64,000 nucleotides of DNA from Ruminococcus sp. Its GTDB lineage: Bacteria > Bacillota > Clostridia > Oscillospirales > Ruminococcaceae. Below are positions 20,988-28,457 of this stretch, one piece after another (within the stretch, counting starts at the first letter, position 1; the number at the start of each line of letters is the position of its first letter). The notes beneath the pieces are model-generated. The model searched no databases. It was not told the origin of the DNA and saw nothing but the letters and a program-made list of their open reading frames with translations. Both the position numbers and the translations under genes were made by a program. The stretch is from positions 226-64,225 of the forward strand of contig JAIDCY010000027.1 of assembly GCA_029055625.1 (NCBI GenBank), read 5' to 3'.

Positions 20988-21071
20988 CTATATACATAAA
21001 CTTCCGGAAATATTTACAACGGTATTTCCGGAATCTTTTTATTTTGTAACCGATTTTTAATAATTTTCCTG

Positions 21072-21100
21072 TTGACTTTTCTTAAAAAATGGGGTATAAT
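21072..21100 (+). promoter_or_regulatory. sigma-A-type promoter of tmRNA
   Basis: TTGACT, 17-nt spacer, TATAAT. Confidence 0.7.
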
Positions 21101-21122
21101 ATATTATACTTCTTATTTCTGC

Positions 21123-21491
21123 GGGGGCGTAAAGGTTTCGACGGGGATTCTGAAGTGTGATAAGCGAGCGGAGCATGGTATAATCTCCTTAATCTGTACC
21201 ACGTTTAAATATAAACGCAAGAAAAAATATCACGGTTACTAGAAATAGTCAACTGATGGCTGCCTAAGTCAGCCATTGTCCTGTAACTGAGTACCACGGC
21301 TTTTACAGGGCATCGATTAGTGGTGAACGGTTCGCCGGAGTGTCCGTGCCGGTGAATTGTATACGGACTACTTTGTGTAACAGCCTGATTACCGGCGGTT
21401 GCATGAGGGAATTTTAATAGATAATATACGCTCGTAGAAAGTTGCATGAATGGGTTTTCGGACAGGGGTTCAATTCCCCTCGCCTCCACCA
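21123..21491 (+). ncRNA. ssrA: tmRNA; predicted tag (A)ARKNITVTRNSQLMAA encoded at 21217-21267
   Basis: 5' GGGGGCGTAAAGGTTTCGAC, 3' GGGTTCAATTCCCCTCGCCTCCACCA with a G.U acceptor pair; internal ORF ending in AA-stop; smpB nearby. Confidence 0.95.
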
Positions 21492-21505
21492 ACTGAATAT
21501 ATATT

Positions 21506-21546
21506 ATTCCTGTATGCCGTAAAATACGGTGTATGGGATTTTTTTT
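21506..21546 (+). terminator. Terminator after tmRNA
   Basis: ATTCCTGTATGCCGTA/TACGGTGTATGGGAT stem followed by a T-run. Confidence 0.7.
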
Positions 21547-21825
21547 GCGTTCTGTTTGTTATCAACAAAGAATTTAAGTTTTTGTTGCAATTCAAATGAT
21601 TCGGTGCTATACTATAACTGATATTTTTCAGTAAAACTCCGGAATACTTCAGCGAAAATATATTATATTATAAAAAATACAGAAAAATCCCGTAATACCG
21701 CTGTTTTTCCGGCACTATGGGATTTTTTAGTCTTTCAGTTTATTAATTTTATGTAAATAAACTGTAAAAAATTTTTGAACGGACACCCTTATGTCCTGCA
21801 CGGTTTGTATAATGGAAATATGGAC

Positions 21826-22161
21826 TTACAGATTCTGAAAATCGTCGGAAAGCAGGTCCATAAATGCAAGTAACAGACGTTTGCTGTTCGGAGAAAGTGT
21901 ATGAAATTTCTCCAGCAGTACTACATCTTCTTCTGAATAATCTGTTTGGCGGACAGTACCCAGTAAGATGTGGTCGGGAGTTGTTTCAAGAGCAGTACAA
22001 AGTTTCATAAAAACTTCCAGACTTGGTTTGGAACGTGCCGTTTCAATACAGGAAAGATATTTATCATTGATTCCCGCACGTTCACAGACTTCAAACTGTT
22101 TCAGTTTCAACTCCTTTCGTCTCCTTGCAAGATTCCTTCCTATCTGTTTGTAATCAAGCAC
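21826..22161 (-). CDS. XRE-family HTH transcriptional regulator
   Basis: IG..L...RKEL.L.Q.EV...AGI...YLS.IE.ARSKPSL; GTG start after GAGGTG; divergent from the GTPase operon. Confidence 0.9.
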   Translation of the reverse strand: MLDYKQIGRNLARRRKELKLKQFEVCERAGINDKYLSCIETARSKPSLEVFMKLCTALETTPDHILLGTVRQTDYSEEDVVLLEKFHTLSPNSKRLLLAFMDLLSDDFQNL

Positions 22162-22235
22162 TGTTTACATCACCTCAATAAAAATAGTATAGAATTTCTC
22201 CGGAAATGTAAACAGATTAAAAGTTGAAAAACTAC

Positions 22236-22264
22236 TTGACAGCTTAAAAAATATAGTTTATAAT
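22236..22264 (+). promoter_or_regulatory. Consensus sigma-A promoter of the double-GTPase operon
   Basis: TTGACA (22236-41), 17-nt spacer, TATAAT (22259-64). Confidence 0.7.
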
Positions 22265-22378
22265 AAGAATATGGCTTGAAAAATCAGTTTAAAAGCAGAT
22301 TTTATTATTGTAACACATATATTATATAATACATTCAGATACATACTCACGATAAATAAGAAAGTTGGATTACATTTT

Positions 22379-23935
22379 ATGCAGAATTTTAATTGCTTTA
22401 TACTCGGTTCGGAAAATTCCGGCAAATCCTCGTATATAAATCAGTTCGTCAATGGTATTGCCGATTCCAGATTCTCACCGTTTCATATCGAACACAATAA
22501 TATTCAGACCGTGAACGGTAAAGAAAATCCCGGCGCTTATTACAATAACTCTTTTAAAGTCGACGTATATGAAAAACTTCTGTCTTTAAAAACACAGGAT
22601 ATTTTTTCATTTTCCATAAGCGACTATGCCGGAAAGATTATTGAAGAAAAAAATGAACAGTCTGAATCATATAAAAAACTTAATTCAGATTTACATGATG
22701 CTGATTTCCTTATCGTTATGCTTGACGGCGATTTATTTTCCGGTGAGAGCAAGGAAAAAACAGTTAAAAAAATAAAGAGAAAATGTTCAAGACACTATAC
22801 CCCTCTTATATCGGTATACTCGGAAAACAAACTTTCGCCGGAAATAACATTTGTTGTTACAAAATGTAAAAACGTATTCGCTACCTATGACGAACAGTCC
22901 GCCTTAAATATCGTGAAAGAATCATTTGACGGTGTTTTTGTTGAAGATAACGACAATCAGCCACAGATAACATTTATTGAAAATTTTCAGGAAAGCGGTT
23001 TGTTCATTCCTCTTGCCACCGCTATGAAACATTTCATAAACATAATCGGAAATCAACTGAATGATAACCTCGACGAACAAAACAAAAAGTTACAGGATGC
23101 CATAAATGATAATGAGGACTTCCTCCGGGAACAGGAAGACAGACTACTTCTGAAAAATCCCTTTAAAATGAAAGAGGCACGGGAAAAAATATCAAGCCTG
23201 AAACATCAGATACAATGTAATGAAAATATACGTTCCGAAAGCCGGACACAGGAATTTATTTCTGATATGAACAATATTCTTTCCAGAGAACAGGAAACAA
23301 ACAGAAAGTTCATTGATTCTATATTCAATCCGGAAACCACTCCTGCTCCCGCAACTACTGAAAAGGATTCTTCATGTACCGGATGTATCGCAATTATTGT
23401 ATTACTGATAATTATAATATTTATTCTTGTAAAACTGGTCAGCTGTGGTGCGAACTTCATCAAGAACAAAAAGGATAAACCTGATAATACATCTTCACAG
23501 ATTACACAGAATATTGATAAAAAAGCGTTATATTTCGATGATGACAATATGCTTGTAATCGATACGGATATTATCGGACAGCCACTGAAAAAGGTAAAGA
23601 AAAAGCTGGGTAATGAACTTGATGTTGAACCGGAATACAATGTCACATCATATGATGAACCCGTTTATAACTATAAATTTCTTCATAATGACGGATTTCT
23701 TCAGTTTACTTTTGACGAATCATATGACAGACTTTTAAAAGTTCAGTTTTTCGATTACCGCTCATTCGATGATGACGTATATGATACCGCCTGCGAAATG
23801 TACGGCAAACCGACAGAACACGAAGGCTCATACACTGTGTTTAATGTAGATGATAACACCGATTATGGTATCATGGAAGCCACTGCCGACGGAGAAACGG
23901 TATTTGTACAGGCGTATGCGTATACAGAAGATTAA
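22379..23935 (+). CDS. TRAFAC-type GTPase-like protein with coiled coil, TM helix and extracellular C-terminal domain
   Basis: G1 GSENSGKS, G3 DYAG, degenerate G4 VVTKCK; TM CIAIIVLLIIIIFILV; paralogous to the next gene. Confidence 0.7.
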   Translation: MQNFNCFILGSENSGKSSYINQFVNGIADSRFSPFHIEHNNIQTVNGKENPGAYYNNSFKVDVYEKLLSLKTQDIFSFSISDYAGKIIEEKNEQSESYKKLNSDLHDADFLIVMLDGDLFSGESKEKTVKKIKRKCSRHYTPLISVYSENKLSPEITFVVTKCKNVFATYDEQSALNIVKESFDGVFVEDNDNQPQITFIENFQESGLFIPLATAMKHFINIIGNQLNDNLDEQNKKLQDAINDNEDFLREQEDRLLLKNPFKMKEAREKISSLKHQIQCNENIRSESRTQEFISDMNNILSREQETNRKFIDSIFNPETTPAPATTEKDSSCTGCIAIIVLLIIIIFILVKLVSCGANFIKNKKDKPDNTSSQITQNIDKKALYFDDDNMLVIDTDIIGQPLKKVKKKLGNELDVEPEYNVTSYDEPVYNYKFLHNDGFLQFTFDESYDRLLKVQFFDYRSFDDDVYDTACEMYGKPTEHEGSYTVFNVDDNTDYGIMEATADGETVFVQAYAYTED

Positions 23936-23967
23936 AAAATTTTAATATAAATAAAGGAGTTTTTAAA

Positions 23968-25008
23968 ATGGCAGACACAAGATTTACAGCTTTAGGACTT
24001 TCCGGAAGCGGAAAAACCTGTTACGTTCTCGGTATGTATTACGAGATGGTAACAGGCATGAAAGGTTTCACCCTCAAGACAGCTAATGAAACAGCATCAA
24101 AACTTGAAGACTGGATGGATAAACTCGACGACGAAACAGGGGCTGACAGATTCCCTGCCGGTACAGGTCTTACGGAAGTTTCAAACTATGCTTTTGACAT
24201 GAACTATCAGAACAAATACGTAATGAGTTTCGACTGGATGGATTACGGCGGACGTACTCTCAGGGAAAAGGAAAAAAATCCGCAGGCTTTTGCAGAACTT
24301 CAGAAATCTATCAAGGAATCAACAGCTCTTTATATCTTTATCGACGGTGAGCTTCTCTGTGAGGAAGAAACGGAAGAAAAGATTAAAAAGGTTAAAAGAA
24401 AATGCGGACGTATCATAAATCCGTTTATTACTGATTTTATTCAGGAAAACGGCTCAAACCTTCCGCCTATCGTATTTGTTATCACAAAATCCGACCTCTG
24501 CAGAGAGTACATAAAAAGCACCGGGGAAGTATATGACGTTATTTCCGAATCTTTCAGCAGTGTGTTCGGTAAGGACGGCAGATGTTATATAACCACCGTT
24601 TCACTCGGTGAAGATATTGAGGAAGAAGACGGCGAAGCAGACCCGATAAACATTCAGATTCCCTTCTTTATCGGAATATATCATGAATTTCTCAATATAT
24701 GCTATGGTATCAAATATCAGATTGAAGAGGATGAAAGGGGTCACCGTGAGGCAATAAACAGAAATCAGAATGAAATCGCACGTCAGAACAACAGATGGTT
24801 CTTCACTGACTATGACGCTATTTCACAGGCAAGAAGCAATATCCAGAATGCGGAAGCAAGTATTGCAAATAACAAGGAATACCTTAAATATATCAAAAAA
24901 CTTCTTCTTTCCGTTGCAGGAGAACTTACAAGACTTAGCAGTAATTTCGTACTTATAGAAGGTGGCAAGGAAACAGACTTCTCCGCTGACGAAGCTTACG
25001 AATTTTAA
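23968..25008 (+). CDS. TRAFAC-type GTPase with C-terminal coiled coil
   Basis: G1 GLSGSGKT, G3 DYGG, G4 VITKSD; strong RBS AAGGAG. Confidence 0.8.
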   Translation: MADTRFTALGLSGSGKTCYVLGMYYEMVTGMKGFTLKTANETASKLEDWMDKLDDETGADRFPAGTGLTEVSNYAFDMNYQNKYVMSFDWMDYGGRTLREKEKNPQAFAELQKSIKESTALYIFIDGELLCEEETEEKIKKVKRKCGRIINPFITDFIQENGSNLPPIVFVITKSDLCREYIKSTGEVYDVISESFSSVFGKDGRCYITTVSLGEDIEEEDGEADPINIQIPFFIGIYHEFLNICYGIKYQIEEDERGHREAINRNQNEIARQNNRWFFTDYDAISQARSNIQNAEASIANNKEYLKYIKKLLLSVAGELTRLSSNFVLIEGGKETDFSADEAYEF

Positions 25009-25019
25009 GGAGGTAATAT

Positions 25020-26429
25020 ATGAAAGCATATCCTTTGATTTACAGCAGAACAAAAAATGATGACTTCGTGCCGGATTTTCTGGCACGTCCGGCTGACATA
25101 AACTATGAAACAGCATTGAAATACGTTGGAAATTCCATCGCAAACCTTGATGCATTAAATGGTATAAGATACAATATATTCAGGGTTGATGACTATTGCG
25201 TATATGGTGTTTCATGCAGAACGAAAATACTTTTAAGCAAAATTGAAGAAACTTCCGCATTAAGTCCGGAAGCTGTCGAAAATGCGAAAAACTACCTGAA
25301 AGACTGTAAAGGAAGAAATATCGTCGCATTCATAGGCTTTGCCATACCGGTTACGGAAGCGGTATCCGGAAGTCTGCCTGATATCGAACTTTCCGATTAC
25401 TGGAAAGTATATCAGGAATATCTTGAGCATCAGTGGGAAGATATGCACACACATTCGGAACAGCTCACCACTCCGGAGATAACGACAGGTAAAAAGTCAT
25501 ATACTTCCACGTATAAACCCGATACTGAAAATATTCAGGAAAAGTATATAGTAAAGAAGTTCCGGGAAAGTACGGCATCAGAGCAGGCGGTACTTGACTA
25601 TTTCACAGACAGGATTCTGAATCACAAAGAAGATATATCATTTATTTCTGACCTCGTCTATAAGGCAGACTGGGACAGTATGAATTTCAGTCATGCCTAT
25701 GTATCCGACACGCTTTATAATTCTATCCTGAATTCCGCTAAATCTTTCGCATCTTCAGCTTCTTCTTCCGTTTTTCCGGAAAGTTCACAGAAAACGGTAA
25801 GAAGTGAAAGGTCTCCGAGTGTAGCAGAACAGGCTAACAGCAGAACCCGTCCGGGAATTTACGGCAGACCCTCACAATTCAACATACCTGCTCCACCGCA
25901 GAAACCGACTGAATCAGAAAAAAAATCTGAATCAGGAGGTTTAAAAAAAAATACGGGCATTCATTCCCTTTTTCGCAATATTCCTGATAGTTCTGCTTAT
26001 AGTACTATTGGTCGCACGAAAGCCGGAGACTCAACCGGAAACAGCCAATACGCCACCGGAGAATCAATCAGAAGCAGTAAATACGCCACCGGAGAATCAA
26101 CCAGAAGCAGTCAATTCGAATCCGGAAGCGTAAACAGAAACAGTCCATACGGAAACGTACCCAAAGTAAGTCCATACGAAACCGGAAACACAGAAAAAAA
26201 CAGTGCATACTATGAACAACTCATCTGTGACAACATCCGGAAATACGAACAATACATCATCCGGGACAGAAACCAATGTATAATTTCTCCCGAAAAAGAT
26301 ATGGGATTCTATAAGTTTATACTAAAAAATGTCGGCTATATGCATTCCGCAAATCAGGTTAATTATCAATATATTTCAAAGGTATCTTTTTCACCGGAAA
26401 AACAACAGATAACAATTTTATTTAAATGA
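25020..26429 (+). CDS. Hypothetical GTPase-associated protein; probable alternative membrane-anchored C-terminus in the +1 frame
   Basis: RBS AAGGAGG; globular N-terminal ~240 aa, then a low-complexity linker; A9 tract at 25943-25951 precedes a +1-frame TM helix. Confidence 0.65.
   Translation: MKAYPLIYSRTKNDDFVPDFLARPADINYETALKYVGNSIANLDALNGIRYNIFRVDDYCVYGVSCRTKILLSKIEETSALSPEAVENAKNYLKDCKGRNIVAFIGFAIPVTEAVSGSLPDIELSDYWKVYQEYLEHQWEDMHTHSEQLTTPEITTGKKSYTSTYKPDTENIQEKYIVKKFRESTASEQAVLDYFTDRILNHKEDISFISDLVYKADWDSMNFSHAYVSDTLYNSILNSAKSFASSASSSVFPESSQKTVRSERSPSVAEQANSRTRPGIYGRPSQFNIPAPPQKPTESEKKSESGGLKKNTGIHSLFRNIPDSSAYSTIGRTKAGDSTGNSQYATGESIRSSKYATGESTRSSQFESGSVNRNSPYGNVPKVSPYETGNTEKNSAYYEQLICDNIRKYEQYIIRDRNQCIISPEKDMGFYKFILKNVGYMHSANQVNYQYISKVSFSPEKQQITILFK
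26047..26112 (+). repeat. Two tandem 33-bp repeats
   Basis: AATACGCCACCGGAGAATCAA(T/C)CAGAAGCAGT(A/C) twice; reads NTPPENQ(S/P)EAV in the +1 frame. Confidence 0.9.
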
Positions 26430-26446
26430 AAGGAGTTTAAAAAATT

Positions 26447-26824
26447 ATGGGTGATTTATTCGGTTCATACCGTAGCGTAGGGGCGGAAAAAAGAAACCGT
26501 TCTTTTGAATCCGTTTCAGCATATGAAGAGCATTATATGAAACTTCTGAAGAAATATCTGAACGAAATCAATGAAATTGAAGAAATGATGCGGAATCTGC
26601 GGAAAGAACGTCAGGATTTCTATATGAAACAGCTCCCCGCAATAAAAAAGGCTATGGTTGAAGATGATGTACTTTCCGCCGACTGTAAGGCACAATGGCT
26701 CACCGAACTGCAAAACAATATGGAACGCAGTTTCCAGATAAGCGAATCTCTCATACAGCATTACATAACAAAAAACCTTGAAGAGTTCAAACAGGCTCTG
26801 AAAGATGAAGTAAACAAGGTGTGA
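26447..26824 (+). CDS. Hypothetical helical/coiled-coil protein
   Basis: RBS GAAAGGAG; E/K/Q-rich helical composition. Confidence 0.7.
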   Translation: MGDLFGSYRSVGAEKRNRSFESVSAYEEHYMKLLKKYLNEINEIEEMMRNLRKERQDFYMKQLPAIKKAMVEDDVLSADCKAQWLTELQNNMERSFQISESLIQHYITKNLEEFKQALKDEVNKV

Positions 26825-26827
26825 AAT

Positions 26828-27325
26828 ATGTTCAGAGAAGAAAATTACCGTTTCTGCGTAAATTCCGCATTGCAGATTATGCAGGAACAAAGAAAAAAAC
26901 TATTCAATGACTGTATACACTCTGACCCTACAATATATAACGGTCTTCATTCTTCAGAATCTCCTGCATTATGCCGTCTTTACTTTCAGGCTTACTTCGT
27001 CGAATGGGTTGGTATGCACTGGGAAACCATGTTTGAAATTCTTAAACGCCATAGTGAATACTCTGCGGAACAAAGAAGAAAAATGATACTGTTTTTTGCG
27101 GAATATCTTTCCGAATTAATATCTGAATGCAGTCAGAAAGGATTGCTTGCAAATCTCGCCGTTCCCGAACTTCTGAAAGTTCAGAAAAAACAGCTTAAAG
27201 AAATGATTCAGTTTTCGGGAAAATGGGAACATAACAGCAACAAATTACGTGTTCAGATGAAAAAGGGTCATGAACAATATATGAAACTTATCCGGGAAGC
27301 GGAAGCAGAAGCAGAATCTGAATAA
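26828..27325 (+). CDS. Hypothetical helical protein
   Basis: Starts 3 nt after the previous stop; 165 aa. Confidence 0.65.
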   Translation: MFREENYRFCVNSALQIMQEQRKKLFNDCIHSDPTIYNGLHSSESPALCRLYFQAYFVEWVGMHWETMFEILKRHSEYSAEQRRKMILFFAEYLSELISECSQKGLLANLAVPELLKVQKKQLKEMIQFSGKWEHNSNKLRVQMKKGHEQYMKLIREAEAEAESE

Positions 27326-27349
27326 AACCAAGAAAGGATTAAAAAAAAT

Positions 27350-28111
27350 ATGCTGGAAATGTTTGATAAACTCGATGACATAATATACGCACCGGTTAAC
27401 GCTGTATGCAACTGGGCTCAGGAACCTCTCAGAAAATTTGACCACAAACGAGAGATGGAAAAAATGCAACGCTCCGCTGACCTTCAGATGCAGATGAAGC
27501 AACAGGAAGCAGAGTTACAGGTATTCAATCAAAGGCAGGCAGTGAAAATAGAGGCTGACAGAAAACGTTGGGATGCGGAACTTGAAGCTATGATAGCTGA
27601 CCAGGAAGACAAACGCCGTGACAGACTTGTTGAATCTATCAAGAATTATCAGATTGACCTTGGAAACGCAATAAAGGATATTGTGGAAAGTCTCGGAGTA
27701 ATGTCCCTTGAACTTAGAAGTCGGGCAAATAATCTTCTCATAGAAAAAACAAGGGAATACGAAAAAATACAGGAAGAAGCTATGGATAAATCAATGAAAC
27801 GAATGGAGGATATTCAAAATCGTTTCGCAAATAACGAACGTGTACGTTTAATGATGGAAGATTCTATTATGAATCAGATGAACACTATTGTTGACGCTGC
27901 CGCTAATTTAATAAAAGAACTTTCCGAGGATTTAAAACATCTTAATATGAATACTGACAGCCTCATGCAGATGGGTATGAAAAACATTGATAAATATTTA
28001 TCCCCTATGATACAATCCGCAGGTGTTGCAAACACCAGTATTCAGAGCGAGTACAACAAAAAACAACTGGAAGAAAAACCCGTTATTGACGCTGAATTTG
28101 CAGAAGTATAA
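27350..28111 (+). CDS. Hypothetical long coiled-coil protein
   Basis: RBS GAAAGGA; E/Q/K/M-rich helical sequence; followed by a terminator. Confidence 0.7.
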   Translation: MLEMFDKLDDIIYAPVNAVCNWAQEPLRKFDHKREMEKMQRSADLQMQMKQQEAELQVFNQRQAVKIEADRKRWDAELEAMIADQEDKRRDRLVESIKNYQIDLGNAIKDIVESLGVMSLELRSRANNLLIEKTREYEKIQEEAMDKSMKRMEDIQNRFANNERVRLMMEDSIMNQMNTIVDAAANLIKELSEDLKHLNMNTDSLMQMGMKNIDKYLSPMIQSAGVANTSIQSEYNKKQLEEKPVIDAEFAEV

Positions 28112-28137
28112 AAATTAACACACCTCCAATATAAACG

Positions 28138-28182
28138 AAACCGCTGTATTCCGGTATAAAGCCGGTATGCAGTGGTTTTTTC
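28138..28182 (+). terminator. Terminator of the double-GTPase operon
   Basis: AAACCGCTGTATTCCGG pairs with CCGGTATGCAGTGGTTT, followed by a T-run. Confidence 0.7.
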
Positions 28183-28239
28183 TGCTGTAAACGCAGAATT
28201 TAACACACAAAACGCAAAAAAACAGGAAAATCAGTTTTA

Positions 28240-28268
28240 TTGACTTTTTTTGTAAAATATGATACAAT
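28240..28268 (+). promoter_or_regulatory. sigma-A-type promoter giving a ~180-nt leader before the dockerin gene
   Basis: TTGACT, 17-nt spacer, TG-a-TACAAT. Confidence 0.65.
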
Positions 28269-28457
28269 TTAATAGCAGTTCTTTAAATTCAGTAAAAATA
28301 TCTTGCGGAAATTGTATGTAATACGGTTTTTATTACTGAAAAGCCTGCTCCTGTGCATTGTATCAGGATTATAACGGTCTGAAAGGAGGGTCTTTATTAT
28401 ATGCCGAAGATACGGAAAACTTAACGCACAAAATAAAATCAAGGAAAGGAGTTTATC

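Noticed and set aside
21205-21492. 95-aa minus-strand ORF (MVEARGIEPLS...)
   Set aside because: It is the antisense shadow of tmRNA.
25939-25951. T-TTA-AAA as a programmed -1 frameshift site
   Set aside because: The -1 frame hits TGA within about ten codons; only the +1 frame gives a meaningful product.
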